Assembly: GCA_963727525.1 (NCBI GenBank)
Contig: CAVSGO010000007.1
Span: forward strand, 32,001-96,000
Direction: 5' to 3'
From: an uncultured bacterium
GTDB taxonomy: Bacteria; Krumholzibacteriota; Krumholzibacteriia; LZORAL124-64-63
Length of the DNA: 64,000 nucleotides
Below the pieces are notes generated by a model. It did not search any database. It worked only from the letters and a program-made list of their open reading frames with translations, and had not been told where the DNA came from. The translations under genes and the position numbers were made by a program. This document shows, one piece after another, positions 42,349 to 52,600 of this stretch; position 1 is the stretch's first letter, and every line of letters starts with the position of its first letter.

Positions 42349-45300
42349 ATGACGAACGGACCTCGACGTTTCGCCCTTTGGGGAATCAATCTATCCATCA
42401 TCCTCCTGATTGCCGCAGGGCCCGCACTGGCCACGCCGCCGCGCGACCGTCTGGCCGGCCGCGAAGCCGCGCGCCAGGCGTTTCTCGCCTCCGGGTACCA
42501 GTCGCCGACTGTGGTCGTCGACGGCACCCCGCGGGCGCTTCCCACGGGTGAGGCCGTGGCTGCCCCGAGTTTGCCGCGAGCCGCGACCGGGCGTTCCGGT
42601 GACGTCCAACCTACCCCCGGTGCGGTCACCAGCCTCTCGACGATCGTCGACGAGGCCGGCATGGGAGTCCCGCTGGGCGGCGATGATGTGGAGGTGGCCT
42701 GGTCCACAAGCTTCTCGGGGTCAGCGTTTCTCCAGATCACGAGCGACGGGCGCTACTTTGGTGCCGTTGCCATCGGGGGGAGTGTGTTGGTGTACCGCTC
42801 CCTCGACCATGGCGAAACGTGGACACTGTGGAGCGAGTTCATGGACCCGACGGGCTATGTACTGTGGGTCACCGAGTTCATTGTGGCCGAGGGCGCCGCG
42901 AACCGCGCCATGTTTGCATACTCAAGTGGCGGCGAGGTGCGTCTCGCCTATGCCGACATCGATGTCCCGGCCGCGCCGTGGACCATCGTCACGGTGCTTT
43001 CCGGGGGCGGCGTAACGCACGGTGCGAACAACCGCATCGACATCGCGACCGACGCGGAGGCGTACAGCTCGTACTTTGTGTACGTCGTGGCGCAGAGCGA
43101 CGATGGCAACGGGGACGACATCTGGTTTGCACGCTCCGTGAACATGGGGACGTCGTTCGAGCCGGGCTACCGGATTGCGACGTCCGGCGTGGGCGGATAT
43201 GAATATCACTCGGATCCGTCCATCGACTATGGGTTCGACGACTATCTGCACGTGTCGTGGTCGGCACATGACACGACACCCACAGCGGCCACCGACGGGC
43301 GCTATCGGCGCGCGGCCAGCTGGGCCGACGGTGGCGTGGCGGCATGGCAGGCGGAGCAGACGCTCACCCCCCAGCTTCCCACCGGCGACTCTGTGCCACT
43401 TCGGATTGGTGCATCGGTCAACGACGGCCATGTATTCGTCACCTTCTTGAACTTCACCACGACCCAGCCGGAACTGCAATTCTCCACGGACAGTGGTGCG
43501 ACCTGGCCGGTTGCCAATCGCGCGTACTCGGACGTGCCGCAAGGATCCGGTATGACCCCGGTGGAACTCCCGGGCGGGAATCTCGCCATGATCGGAGCAA
43601 AGAGCTCCGGCACTATCGGGGACCTCTTCATGGATATTGTCGTGTCCCGCTCCACGCTGGTCGACCCCACAGCGTGGGGCGCCTTCGAGAGCTTCTCGCA
43701 TCATTCGTGGCCGGGTGGAGCTTATGGCCGAGCGGAATCACTGATTTCAGACCCGGCCTTTGGCAACCGCCTCGCCACGTTGTGGGTGCAGACCGCGGAC
43801 TCGCGCAAGGTTCTGCGTTTTGATGCCGAGTGGCGCCGCGACCCCGGCTATCCCAACACCGACATCGGTTTCCCGATTGCGATCAGCGGTGGCGGCCAGA
43901 CCCCGCCCGCGGTGGCCGAAGTGGATGGCGACCCCCAGAAGGAGATCGTCTTCGCGACCATCTCCGGTGACATCCATGTCGTGAACCACGACGGCACGCC
44001 CGTTTCCGGGTGGCCGGTCAACATTGGTGCGATCCCGTACGACGCGCCGGTTGCGGTGGGCGATCTGGTGGGCAACGGCATCCCGTACGTCGTGTGCGGC
44101 AACGCCGCGGGACAGGTTTACGCGTTCAAGCCGGATGGAACGCCGGTTCCAGGCTGGCCGGTGTCCATGAACGCCGCCGCGTCGGTGTACGTTTCTATCG
44201 GTGCGCTCGGACCGCCCAATCCGCGCTACGTGGTGGCGGTGTGTAACCACGAGATGCGCGTGATTCGTTACGACGGCACCAACGTCTCGCCCGCGTGGGG
44301 CACATTTACCGATGCCTTTACGCGGCCGGCCGCAATTGGTGACATCGACAACGACGGTGTCACGGAGATCGTCACACTCAAGGGTGCCTGGTTCCATGCC
44401 AACCGGCTGGATCAAGGGTCACCGGCGGCGTTCCGCAACTTCCCGGGCGAGGTATTCAGCGACGCGCCGACGCTGGCGGATATCGATGGCAACGGCACGC
44501 TGGAGATTGCCGCGCCCACGGTGAGCGGCAAGATGTTCTTGCTGAAGAACGACGGAACCAACTACTCGGCCTCATGGCCCATCACCGTGTCGCCGGGTAT
44601 CGCACTGACGTCGGCCGCCATGGGTCAGATTCTCGGCACAAGTGAGCCCGAACTCGTGTTTGGGGAGGCAACCGGAGCCGTGCACGTCCGCTACTTCACC
44701 GGGGCCGAGCAGACCGGCTACCCGCTGGCGTCGGGTAGTTCGTCGCTGTACATGCCGCCCATGCTCTCGCCGGTCAACGTCAGCGGATCCAACGTCAACG
44801 TCGGGACCACCGGTGGGCTCTATGGAACCGCGCTGAGCTGGCGGAACATCCCGGGTAGTCCTGTCGTGGGCTGGCCGAAGAACCTTCCCGGATTTGTCGA
44901 AGAGACCTTTGCCAGCGGGGACATCGACCTCGACGGCCGCAACGAACTCGTGGTGTTGGGCCTCGACTTCCTGACCGTGCTCGACGTGGGAACCCCGCCG
45001 ATGGCCACGCCGCGCAACCACTGGCCCATGTACGGCTACAACGCGCAGCGCACCGGATGCCTGGCGTGCGCCGACATTCTCACGGGTGTGGGGGATGAAC
45101 CCGGGCTCGAGCTGTCGACGACGCTCAACGCGCACCCCAATCCCTTCAACCCGGCCACGACCATCGAGTATGATGTGGCACGTGCGGGCACGGTGTCGCT
45201 GGAGATCTTCGATGTGGCAGGGCACCGCGTGGCGACGCTGATCAACCGTGAGTATCGCCCCGCGGGCCACTTCTCGTTCAGCTACAACGCCAAACTGACG

Positions 45301-45372
45301 AGCGGCGTTTACTTTGCGCGTCTGCGCACCGCCGGAGGCGAAGCCACGCGCAAGATCTTGCTACTGAAGTAA
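42349..45372 (+). CDS. Large secreted BNR/FG-GAP repeat protein with T9SS/FlgD-like C-terminus
   Basis: Asp-boxes (SLDHGETW, STDSGATW), D.DGD..EIV and GWP repeats, PNPFNPAT...SGVYFARL...KILLLK. Confidence 0.88.
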   Translation: MTNGPRRFALWGINLSIILLIAAGPALATPPRDRLAGREAARQAFLASGYQSPTVVVDGTPRALPTGEAVAAPSLPRAATGRSGDVQPTPGAVTSLSTIVDEAGMGVPLGGDDVEVAWSTSFSGSAFLQITSDGRYFGAVAIGGSVLVYRSLDHGETWTLWSEFMDPTGYVLWVTEFIVAEGAANRAMFAYSSGGEVRLAYADIDVPAAPWTIVTVLSGGGVTHGANNRIDIATDAEAYSSYFVYVVAQSDDGNGDDIWFARSVNMGTSFEPGYRIATSGVGGYEYHSDPSIDYGFDDYLHVSWSAHDTTPTAATDGRYRRAASWADGGVAAWQAEQTLTPQLPTGDSVPLRIGASVNDGHVFVTFLNFTTTQPELQFSTDSGATWPVANRAYSDVPQGSGMTPVELPGGNLAMIGAKSSGTIGDLFMDIVVSRSTLVDPTAWGAFESFSHHSWPGGAYGRAESLISDPAFGNRLATLWVQTADSRKVLRFDAEWRRDPGYPNTDIGFPIAISGGGQTPPAVAEVDGDPQKEIVFATISGDIHVVNHDGTPVSGWPVNIGAIPYDAPVAVGDLVGNGIPYVVCGNAAGQVYAFKPDGTPVPGWPVSMNAAASVYVSIGALGPPNPRYVVAVCNHEMRVIRYDGTNVSPAWGTFTDAFTRPAAIGDIDNDGVTEIVTLKGAWFHANRLDQGSPAAFRNFPGEVFSDAPTLADIDGNGTLEIAAPTVSGKMFLLKNDGTNYSASWPITVSPGIALTSAAMGQILGTSEPELVFGEATGAVHVRYFTGAEQTGYPLASGSSSLYMPPMLSPVNVSGSNVNVGTTGGLYGTALSWRNIPGSPVVGWPKNLPGFVEETFASGDIDLDGRNELVVLGLDFLTVLDVGTPPMATPRNHWPMYGYNAQRTGCLACADILTGVGDEPGLELSTTLNAHPNPFNPATTIEYDVARAGTVSLEIFDVAGHRVATLINREYRPAGHFSFSYNAKLTSGVYFARLRTAGGEATRKILLLK

Positions 45373-45432
45373 TCGCGACGTCCACGGCGGGCGCGGAACC
45401 CAGTCCATTCCGTGCCCGCCGCCGGAGTCGTC

Positions 45433-45685
45433 CTATCGGTAGAACGTTTTCACGCCACACCAGATCTTAGATTCCACCGGATTGGGTGCACTGAACTGAC
45501 AAAAGGCAATGTTGTCGATGGCGACGTTGTCGCCGGTTGCCCCGAGACTACACGTGTCGATGGCAATGATGAGAACCTGCGCCTGAAGCGGGGGGCTGAA
45601 GGTCGGCGTGTCGTGCCCGATGGCGGTGGTCGGCACGTCGCTCTGGCTGAACAGCACCGTCCCCTGCCCGTCGCGTACGCTCACG
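45433..45685 (-). pseudogene. C-terminal fragment of secreted protein with WGxVKxLYR-like tail
   Basis: ...VAIDNIAFCQFSAPNPVESKIWCGVKTFYR*; cut by IS91-like copy 7. Confidence 0.55.
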
Positions 45686-45692
45686 GGGCTGA

Positions 45693-46357
45693 TACTCGCC
45701 CCACTGCGCAAACACCGCCGCCAGTAAAGCGGGGTGCTGGCGCCGGGGGAGAGGTTACGCACGGCGGAGACGTAGACCGCCGGCCTCGCACGTACAGTGT
45801 TGCAGGCACTTGAGCGCGCACGAGTGACGATGGGGATGACGGAATCGACCGCGCCGCGTCCCAAAGCTTCTCGCAACTGGGCGCTGCTGCTGGCGCGGAT
45901 CTACGACTCTCGGCCGTTGCAGTGCCCACGATGCGGCAGCGCGACGACCGTCCTGGCATTCATCCTGGACCCGGCGGTGATCAAGCGGATCCTCGATCAC
46001 CTGAACCTGGAGAGTGAGCCGCCGGTCACATTGCCGGCGCGTTCACCGCCGCAAGGGGAACTGGAGTTCGCGCCGGCGCCGGGTCGAGTGACCTGGACGA
46101 GAGCTGAGAATCCCGGACCTGAGATCGCACGACAGCGAGGCCCGACAGTCGACCGGTGGGGGCGGTCTGCTCAGCAGGGGCGCAATCAGGCGATCCGCAT
46201 CGCCGAACAACGCCGCGGGTCGATGTTGGCGGGCGCGTCGGGAGGTTCACAGGCGAATCTCGTGCGAACGCGCGGCGAAAGTGTGGTTGAAACGAGCCAG
46301 AGAGCTGGCGCCATGGGGGAAAGGGGGTTCGAAGACGTGGTCTGTTTGTCTATACGC
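45693..46357 (+). mobile_element. IS91-like 3' fragment with type-A ori end (copy 7)
   Basis: Decayed LAPLRKH...CPRCG...GELEFAP; ends GTTTGTCTATACGC. Confidence 0.88.
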
Positions 46358-46517
46358 ATACGCTCAGGTGGAGTTTCCGAACATCGACGAGGGATTTCGC
46401 AAGCAGCACGCTTCCGCCGCGTTCTGACGCACGGTGCCGTCGCGGCGCCGTGCAACTTCTCTGGCTCCCCTGCGTCCAGATAGCCCCGACCCGGTCACTC
46501 CACTCCAGGGGGTTCCC

Positions 46518-47813
46518 ATGGCCCGCAAGATGACCATTCTGATCGCCGCCGTCGTCGCCCTTGTCGCTGCCGGCGCCCGCGCCGACACGCCGCTCGCCGC
46601 ACGCATCGACGCCTACCTCGCGCCCCTCGTCGACGCCGGTCAGGTGTCGGGCACGTTGCTGGTGGCACGCGGCGACGATGTCATCTACGAGCGCTCGTTC
46701 GGCCTCGCCGATGCCGAACGCAGCATTCCCAACGCGCCCGACCTGCCTTCATGCGTCGCGTCGATCACCAAGCCGATGACGCTCGTCGTCGCCATCAAGC
46801 TGATCGAGGCGGGAAAGATCGGGATGAACGATCCGCTGGAGAAGTGGTTTCCCGGGTTCCCGCGTGGCGACCGCATCACGTTCCTCCACGTGCTACGCCA
46901 CCGTGCCGGGTTTCCCCACCGGGTGACGACGGATGAGGAGGAGAATTCGCCCATCACGGGCGCCGAGATGGTCGAGCGGATGATCGCGCAGGTGACCAGG
47001 GACGGCTTCCTCGCGGAACCGGGCGCCCGGAGTATTTACAGTTCGGCCGGCTACAGCGTGGCGGCGCGCATGTGCGAGCTGGCCGCCGGCGCGCCGTTCC
47101 AACAGGTGATCCGGGACAGCATCTTCGCGCCGGCCGGTATGACGCATAGCTTCGATCCCAGGCCCGGTGAGGCGCTGCCGCCGCACGCGGAAAGCTACAC
47201 CGACACCTGGCCGGGAGTCCGCGCGACCGACACCAAGGATTATGCCTTCCTCGTCGGCGCGGGGTCGGTGTTCTCGACCGCGCACGACGTATACGCGTTC
47301 CTGCACGCCGTCGTCGATACCGTCTATGGTGCCGGCGCACGCGCCTCCCTCGACCGCGACGGCGGCATGAGCGAGAACGGCATCACCAATGGCTACCGCG
47401 CCTTCGCCGACTACACCGACTCCACCGGCGTCTACGTCGTCTTCACCGGCAACCGCTACACCGGCGCGACCGATTGGCTGCGCGCGGACATCCCGCGCAT
47501 CGTCGCCGGCGAGGACGTGGCCGCACGCGCGATTCCCAGCATCACGAGGGCCGCGCTCACTGACGAGCAGGCGCAAGCCCTCGCGGGGGCGTGGGTGTCG
47601 ACGCAGGGAAGCCCGATGACGGTGACCGTGCGCGACGGACTCGTGTACGCGGGGTGGTACTCCCTCATCCCCACGTCGCCGACGACGTTCTTTGCGCCCG
47701 GCGGCTACGGCACCGCGACATTCACGGTCGAGCATGGGCGCGCGGTACGCCTGGACTGGGCGATGGCCGATACGACGCAGCCGAACCTGGTCTGGACGCG
47801 ACCGGAGGATTGA
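46518..47813 (+). CDS. Serine hydrolase, beta-lactamase family, secreted
   Basis: Signal peptide; ASITK, VLRHRAG, IYSSAGY, IFAPAGM. Confidence 0.88.
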   Translation: MARKMTILIAAVVALVAAGARADTPLAARIDAYLAPLVDAGQVSGTLLVARGDDVIYERSFGLADAERSIPNAPDLPSCVASITKPMTLVVAIKLIEAGKIGMNDPLEKWFPGFPRGDRITFLHVLRHRAGFPHRVTTDEEENSPITGAEMVERMIAQVTRDGFLAEPGARSIYSSAGYSVAARMCELAAGAPFQQVIRDSIFAPAGMTHSFDPRPGEALPPHAESYTDTWPGVRATDTKDYAFLVGAGSVFSTAHDVYAFLHAVVDTVYGAGARASLDRDGGMSENGITNGYRAFADYTDSTGVYVVFTGNRYTGATDWLRADIPRIVAGEDVAARAIPSITRAALTDEQAQALAGAWVSTQGSPMTVTVRDGLVYAGWYSLIPTSPTTFFAPGGYGTATFTVEHGRAVRLDWAMADTTQPNLVWTRPED

Positions 47814-48139
47814 CGATCGGCCGCGGCACAGGTCCACTCGTCGAAGAGACCATTCCTGTCTCGATGTCCTTGTTCTCGCCGGTGGTTTCAGCGGATGGTA
47901 ACGTCACATGTGGTACAATCGGCAAGGTGCGACGGCGTGCCGGAAAAGCACCCTACCTCTGTCCGCCACGTGGGGGGAGCAACGATGAAGACTGCCATGG
48001 CGATCCTGCTGGTCGGCTTCGCCACCACCACGGCGGATGCCGATCCACCGTGTTTCGGCTACGCGACGGCACCACGCCCGCGTGGTCGGCGCCGAACTCC
48101 GTCCAGAAGAAGAGCCAGTCCTTGCGCCAGATGGCCACG

Positions 48140-48545
48140 GATCGGATTTGGCGCTCGAGATGATTCGTGTCCAGAGGGACGGCGCGGTCATCGAATTCGA
48201 TCAGTACTCCGTGGGCCGTGGCGAGGGGTGTACGGATCACACAATGCCAATCACCGGGCATGGGAATGGGTTCTCGGGCGGCTCGGACGCCACCGTACTC
48301 CTCGGAAGGCGGGACGGGAATCAGATCGAATTGCATGACAATCACATCCTCAACAACGGCGGTCTGAGCGTACGGGTATACGCGCAGAGGACGGATGAAG
48401 ACCCGGACCACATCGATCTGAGTGACAACTACTGGGGGACGACCGATCCGGCGCAGATCGCAATGTGGATCAACGACTAGAACGACTATGATCCGCGAGA
48501 CAACTTCTATTCGTGGGTCATCGTGGATTACGCACCGTTCTTGTT
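48140..48545 (+). pseudogene. Remnant of beta-helix-type secreted protein
   Basis: IDLSDNYWGTTDPAQIAMWIND*NDYD...VDYAPFL with internal TAG at 48478-48480. Confidence 0.5.
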
Positions 48546-48615
48546 GTATACTCGTGTTCATCTTGTCGCGGCAGCTAGGCCGCATCGGCCGATGACATGA
48601 ACATGGGGAGGCATC

Positions 48616-49524
48616 GTGGTGAAGCTCTTGAAGGTGCTGGCTATCGCTCTAATGGTGGTCCTGGTCTGCGGATGGCCCCGGGCGAGTCGGGCGGCGGTCA
48701 CGGAGTACTTCTTCCCCAACCAGATCGGCACCATGGTGGAAGAGGGCCCGGATTACGACACCATCAGCTGCCAGGGCTTCCAGTTCACCTATACCCGGGA
48801 CAAGTTCTTCACCGGGGGTGGCAGCGAGCCCATCGGCCGCCCGGTCAGCGTGGCCTGGCCCGACGGAATCGAGGCACAGTACGTCTCCGCCGGCCCGAAC
48901 CCCCGCAAGGCGGAGATTCTGGTGCGGCGCGTCGACGGTCAGATCTTCGACCTCACCGCCTTCACGGTGCAACTGCTGGCCAACGCGGGTGCCGGTCGGG
49001 CCATCGAGATCGTCCCCATGCTCAACGGCGAGGAACCCCTGAACGACCCGCTGTACTTCGACGTCTCGGGGGCCTACGGCCAGTCCTTCTCCTACGACAC
49101 CTCGCCCAATCCCCAAGGGTCAACCGCCGAGCTCGTGAATTACGATGCCTACAGGATCACCCTCACACTCGACTTCGCGCTCACCGCCCTGACCCTCAGC
49201 GACCAGTACCCGCCGTCGGCTGTCGAGATCGGCGCTCTGGCCGCGTCCGGGCTCCTCGTTTCGCCCAATCCGACCGGCGGACGCGTGCAGATCAGCCACG
49301 CCGGCGCCAAGTCCGCCGGGGCCGGCCCGGTCTCGGTGTACTCGATCCGGGGAGTCCGCGTGCGTTCCGTCGCGCTGGACGGCGCCGGGAACGCGACATG
49401 GGACCTGTGCGACGACCACGGCCGACTGGTACCCGCCGGCGTCTATTTCCTGCGCGAGGATGCGCGGATGGGGGCGTCGGGCTCGCGGAAGGTCTCTGGT
49501 CGTGAGGTGATGGGGAACGCCTAG
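48616..49524 (+). CDS. Secreted hypothetical protein with FlgD-Ig-like C-terminus
   Basis: Signal peptide; VSPNPT...VYSIRG..VR...WD..DDHGRLVPAGVYFLR. Confidence 0.8.
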   Translation: MVKLLKVLAIALMVVLVCGWPRASRAAVTEYFFPNQIGTMVEEGPDYDTISCQGFQFTYTRDKFFTGGGSEPIGRPVSVAWPDGIEAQYVSAGPNPRKAEILVRRVDGQIFDLTAFTVQLLANAGAGRAIEIVPMLNGEEPLNDPLYFDVSGAYGQSFSYDTSPNPQGSTAELVNYDAYRITLTLDFALTALTLSDQYPPSAVEIGALAASGLLVSPNPTGGRVQISHAGAKSAGAGPVSVYSIRGVRVRSVALDGAGNATWDLCDDHGRLVPAGVYFLREDARMGASGSRKVSGREVMGNA

Positions 49525-49721
49525 TCGAGCCCCGATTTTCGTCTCCCTGGGCCCCGGCAAGAGTCGGGGCCCTCTCTCCATGTTGCCGAGACGACTCGCG
49601 CGGTCCGGCTCGCGCGGTGAGGGCGCCGTCGCAGCCGTGGGGTGGGCGCCCGGTTGTGCTCGACAGCGACACCGCGGCTGCGTAACCTCGGGCTCCATGT
49701 CGCAGGACCGAGGAGTCGACG

Positions 49722-50465
49722 ATGCCCTGGACCCCCACGCAGCTCGCAGCCTTGCCGTGTCACGACGGCTTCCGCTTGCGCGGCCTCGAGATGACGCGCC
49801 TGGAGACCTTCTGCGATGCCGCGTTCGCCTTCGCGGTGACGCTGCTGGTCATCTCCGGCAGCGGCATCCCGCGCAGCTATGACGAACTGACCCTTGCGCT
49901 CAAGGACGTGCCCGCCTTCGCGGCGAGCTTCGTGGCCATCGCGCGCGTCTGGTGGTCGCATCGCCAGTGGAGCCGGCGGTTCGGCCTGGAGGACGGAGTC
50001 ACTACCTTTGTGAGCCTGGGCATGGTGTTCGTGATGCTCGTCTACGTCTATCCGCTGAAGATGATGTTCGGCGCATTCGCTGCCTACGCGAGCGGCGGAT
50101 ACTTCCCCTCGCGGTTCGTCATGGCGGACGCGACGGACCTGACCGGGCTGTTCGTCATCTACGGTTTCGGGTTCGCGGCTCAGATGGCCATGCTGGCCCT
50201 GTTGCACGTGCGCGCGCTGAAGGCCGGCGCCGACCTCGGTCTCGATGCCGGCGAGCGGTTGCGCACCCGCCAGTCAGTGGCGAGCAACGTCCTGCTCACC
50301 CTCACCGGCCTCGCATCGGCCCTGTTCGCCCTGGCAATGCCAACGCGCTGGGGCGTGTGGGCGGGATTCGTCTACATGACGCTGCCGATCACCATGCCAC
50401 TTCTCGTGCGCCACCAGGCCCGGCAACGATCCCGCGTCGTCGCGGCGTCCGTGGCGCCGGACTAG
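49722..50465 (+). CDS. TMEM175 family (DUF1211) potassium channel-like protein
   Basis: RLETFCDAAFAFAVTLLV, W..H, about six TMs. Confidence 0.85.
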   Translation: MPWTPTQLAALPCHDGFRLRGLEMTRLETFCDAAFAFAVTLLVISGSGIPRSYDELTLALKDVPAFAASFVAIARVWWSHRQWSRRFGLEDGVTTFVSLGMVFVMLVYVYPLKMMFGAFAAYASGGYFPSRFVMADATDLTGLFVIYGFGFAAQMAMLALLHVRALKAGADLGLDAGERLRTRQSVASNVLLTLTGLASALFALAMPTRWGVWAGFVYMTLPITMPLLVRHQARQRSRVVAASVAPD

Positions 50466-50600
50466 TGTGATTGGTTCCGGCGCCACTGGCATAAGATGTT
50501 GATATAAAATGAATTGTATAATATACGACGAAACGTCGACCGCTGGCGATCGCCAGTTTCCGGTTGCCTGTTCACGCCGTGAACAAACATCATTCACGGT

Positions 50601-50846
50601 ATGGATACCGTTCACCGGGCCGTCGAGAAGGCGCGGCGGGCGGGTCTGGATGCCATGCCGGCGGTGGTCGTCACGGGTTCCGCAAACCTGCTGTCCATGC
50701 GCCGGGTTTCCGGATCCCTCGCCGGACGTACGAGCTAGGTCACGCTCTGGCCGATGACCCGCCACGAGTCGCTCGGTCTGGGGCGGTGCGCCTTATGGGA
50801 GGAACTCATCGCCGCCAGGGACGCGGACTGGCGCGAACTCCTGGCC
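50601..50846 (+). pseudogene. Remnant of AAA_14/DUF4143-type ATPase
   Basis: MPAVVVTG|SANLLSMRRVSGSLAGRTS*VTLWPMTRHE; Walker A region deleted, internal stop. Confidence 0.65.
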
Positions 50847-51232
50847 GACGCGCAAGCTGCGATCTTCGATCCCGCCGTTCATCTCGACGAGGCCTCCATC
50901 ACGCGGTTCGCGATCAGCTGCATCACCGCGGCCTGCGCTGGCTCGTGAAGCACGGCCACGTGGACGGCGCCGCGGCCAGCGAGATGCGCACCTGGCAGCA
51001 CGGTGGCGGCTGGTCCGTGCACGCGCAGGAGGGAGCAGTCGGCGCGGCGGGCGCGGCATCACGCGATCCGGCTCGCGGAACGACGTAACCAGCCGGTCGC
51101 GGTGGACAGGTCGTGAGGTTCACAGGCGATTCTCGCGCGAGCACACGGCGAAAGAATAGTGGAATCGAGATGACGCGGCCGCGTGTTGGCGGAAACCGCG
51201 GTTCGAAAATGGCGTCAGTTTTTACTGTACGC
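50847..51232 (+). mobile_element. Internally deleted IS91-like remnant with degenerate ori end (copy 8)
   Basis: AAIFDPAVHLDEASI...WQHGGGWSVHAQ, then a jump to the 3' region ending gtttttactgtacgc. Confidence 0.8.
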
Positions 51233-51489
51233 CGTTCTTCCTGCCGCTAAATGCCTTTAGTATTGTATGAATTCAGGAGTCGGCCATGTAAAGAACCGTC
51301 TGCCCTGTCTTACGGTTTTTACCGAATTGAATATATGGATCGGTTGGCATATGTTCGGCCAAAGGTCGCATATCCGGCTACCATCTGAGCGAGTATTCAA
51401 CAGTAAGAAATTTTTACCGGGGCGCAGCAGTATTTGCATGCGCTCTCGGAGTAACCACCAGTCCAACTCTATCAAAGAAGGAGGCCGTT

Positions 51490-52026
51490 ATGAAACGACT
51501 CACCCTCATACTGCTCGCCTTTCTCCTGATGGCCGGACTCCTCGGCTGTTCGGAGAACAGCCCTATCAATGCCACGGAGCCCAGCGCGAACGACCTGGAG
51601 GGCGAAAAGACCAATCCCTGGGTTTACGGCGAGATGTATCAGGATATCATCCAGCCAGCCGAGTGCCTGGGTGAGGACATCCATTTCCTTGGTTCGTTCC
51701 GGCATCGGTACATGGAAGTATCGAACGCGGGCGGTCTCTACCACTTCCGCTGGCAGGCTCTGCCCCACACTCCGAGCAGTCCTGAATTCGTCGCCATCGG
51801 GATGACGAGCGGCACGGTATATGAGCTGAGCAATCAAGGCGGTAGGACTTTCCAGATGATCCTGGAAGGAGCTGCCGACGTCCAGATCATCAATGATACC
51901 GAGGTCTGGATCGCTGAAGACGGCAGCTCATTCACGGTGACCTTCGGTTGGCACTACGTCACCAATGGCAACGGCGATCTGGTCGTTTCTCGTGATGACT
52001 CCTGGAGTATCGACTGCTCGGATTGA
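51490..52026 (+). CDS. Hypothetical lipoprotein
   Basis: Lipobox LLGC; RBS AAGGAGG. Confidence 0.82.
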   Translation: MKRLTLILLAFLLMAGLLGCSENSPINATEPSANDLEGEKTNPWVYGEMYQDIIQPAECLGEDIHFLGSFRHRYMEVSNAGGLYHFRWQALPHTPSSPEFVAIGMTSGTVYELSNQGGRTFQMILEGAADVQIINDTEVWIAEDGSSFTVTFGWHYVTNGNGDLVVSRDDSWSIDCSD

Positions 52027-52110
52027 CCATCGCGGTGCTTTTCCGATCGGCACTCAACCAGGTCACCAGCGAAGTGACAGCAGTGAAGCAAGTATAGCGG
52101 ACATTACTTC

Positions 52111-52171
52111 AGCTAACACCGGTTGCGGCGGGCGGCGCTGGCGTGCCGCCCGCTGTACCGGAGCGTCAAGA
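52111..52171 (+). other. Short attC-like site
   Basis: AGCTAAC a ccggttgcggcgggcggc...gccgcccgctgtaccgg agc GTCAAGA; one extra base in the left arm; R' is GTC instead of GTT. Confidence 0.6.
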
Positions 52172-52600
52172 CGAGAGAGGTCTGCGAGACACAAAGGGCT
52201 TCCGAACAGTCGGCCCGATATGATACGAGATTTACATCGATGGCCAGACATTTTGGTGGGTTCTTCCGTGGCCTGGACAACGATCTCGTCAGTTGATGTC
52301 GGGCAACCCTTCTGCGTCGTTGAGGATGCCGATGACGAGGCCATGCACCCGGCGGATGCGAGTATAGGCGCCGGTGCCGGGTCCGTCGAGGGTGTCGATC
52401 GAGCTGGAACCCGGGGGTCGTGACGGCGCCGGCGCCCGGCAAACCGATCGCCAGCGGCTTTCGCGGCCACCAACGACGATGCAACCGGATCCCCCCATTG
52501 ATACGTAGATGGCGACGTGGCCGCGCGCCTGCGCTAATCGAGGCCGGCTGCCGGCAAAGACACAGACCCTGGACCGCCGCCGCGGCGCCGCGAGGAGCGA

